A stretch of DNA of 64,000 nt from a virus: positions 37,747-101,746 of the IMG/VR virus record IMGVR_UViG_3300045988_025287. One strand, given 5' to 3'. Below, piece after piece: positions 63,420 through 64,000 of this stretch. The position numbers were made by a program, and so were the translations under genes. The notes under the pieces were generated by a model that was given only the letters and a program-made list of their open reading frames with translations, was not told the DNA's origin and ran no database searches. Position 1 is the first letter of the stretch, and the number at the start of each line of letters is the position of its first letter.

Positions 63420-63900
63420 CTGGTAATTCTTTATCTAATGATATATCTAAATATTTCTCTCCTTTTGCTTTTATAACCTTTTTGAGGATTTTCCATATTT
63501 TCCATTTAGGATATAAGTCGCTAAATGATTCTAGTAACGACCAAAACTCAACTAAGGCTATCATTCCTGCTACTATTTCTACAGCGTGCAGGTTAATAGA
63601 GGTTACTACCAGCTAATCTATTATTGATGCACTAGTTATTGCTACTGCTGCATCTCTAGTCTTCCATATAGTTTTCCACGCTTTATGTGATTCAATCTTA
63701 GGATGCCCATATTTTTTAGAGACTTTATAACCATAGATAGCATCAAGTAGTATCAATATACCGACAGCAGTGATAGGAACCCATACAGGTGCGAATATAG
63801 AAAGTAGCCCAGTTATAACAGAAGCTACGCATTTATCCGCACTACTGAACATGTTCTTAAATATTGACATAGTATGTTCTCCTAATTGTTGGTAATTCAT
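63391..63900 (-). CDS. holin-like multi-TM protein (169 aa, 1 TAG)
   Basis: Track ORF 63613..63900 extended through its TAG to TAA 63393..63391. TM helices and ILILLDAIYGYKVSKK, a motif typical of phage holin families (by eye). Confidence 0.55.
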
Positions 63901-63916
63901 AGATAGTAGCTGATAA

Positions 63917-63970
63917 TAAAAATCAAATAAGCCCTGACAGATTAAAAGGGGAGTAAAATCTGAGAGGGCT
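63917..63970 (-). terminator. possible minus-strand terminator upstream of the lysis cluster
   Basis: Imperfect stem AGCCCTgaCAGAT/ATCTGagAGGGCT, followed on the minus strand by a T-rich run. Confidence 0.3.
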
Positions 63971-64000
63971 CGAAATTCCGTTTGAGATTATAATTATATA

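Noticed and set aside
32135-63616. Plus-strand ORFs listed inside the late arm: 32135, 32633, 35174, 42804, 43044, 43198, 44158, 45157, 46392, 46423, 47332, 47875, 54691, 54916, 55591, 60308, 62370, 63410.
   Set aside because: They are antisense shadows of the long TAG-containing minus-strand genes. Their sequences are low-complexity (Ser/Leu/Ile/Phe-rich), and they have no packing logic.
32050-63900. TGA-to-Trp (code 4) or TAA reassignment as the explanation.
   Set aside because: TGA and TAA never occur in frame within the fused genes. They do act as terminators (for example 36738 TAA, 49266 TGA, 58851 TGA).
1-64000. CRISPR arrays, integrase/att sites, transposases and rRNA.
   Set aside because: No regularly spaced repeat array, no recombinase-like ORF and no rRNA-like sequence was seen on either strand.

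Overview
AT-rich dsDNA phage segment, best explained as part of a large crAss-like (Crassvirales-type) phage of Bacteroidota. All folding and family recognition was done by eye, with no searches run. There are three transcriptional blocks. (1) 1-2.7 kb, minus strand: a nucleotide-metabolism cluster with ThyX, a dNTP pyrophosphohydrolase-like fragment and a GIY-YIG homing endonuclease. (2) 2.9-32.0 kb, plus strand: the early/replication arm, readable in the standard code. It holds family-B DNA polymerase, a DnaB-like helicase split by a group I intron carrying an HNH gene, primase, an AAA_24 ATPase, SSB, nucleases, an ECF-type sigma factor, two bL12 C-terminal-domain-like proteins, and 2 canonical plus 2-3 aberrant tRNA-like genes. 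This arm is interrupted by unusually many ORF-free structured islands of 0.15-2.1 kb that share short motifs. (3) 32.05-63.9 kb, minus strand: the virion/lysis arm, which only makes sense if TAG is a sense codon, probably Gln. The roughly 45 fragments in the ORF track then fuse into 16 tightly packed genes. These include a 4,162-codon ORF with a crAss-type RNA polymerase DxDxD motif, 1,558-aa and 1,411-aa proteins, a second GIY-YIG endonuclease and a holin-led lysis cluster. The plus and minus arms converge on a bidirectional terminator at 31.97 kb. No tRNA with a CUA anticodon could be folded in this window. The leads most worth follow-up are the code partition and its use on nuclease genes, the in-frame TAG-TAG junction at 18.9 kb, the 2.1 kb ORF-free island at 16.2-18.3 kb with its smaller relatives, and the tRNA-like genes that lack an anticodon stem.
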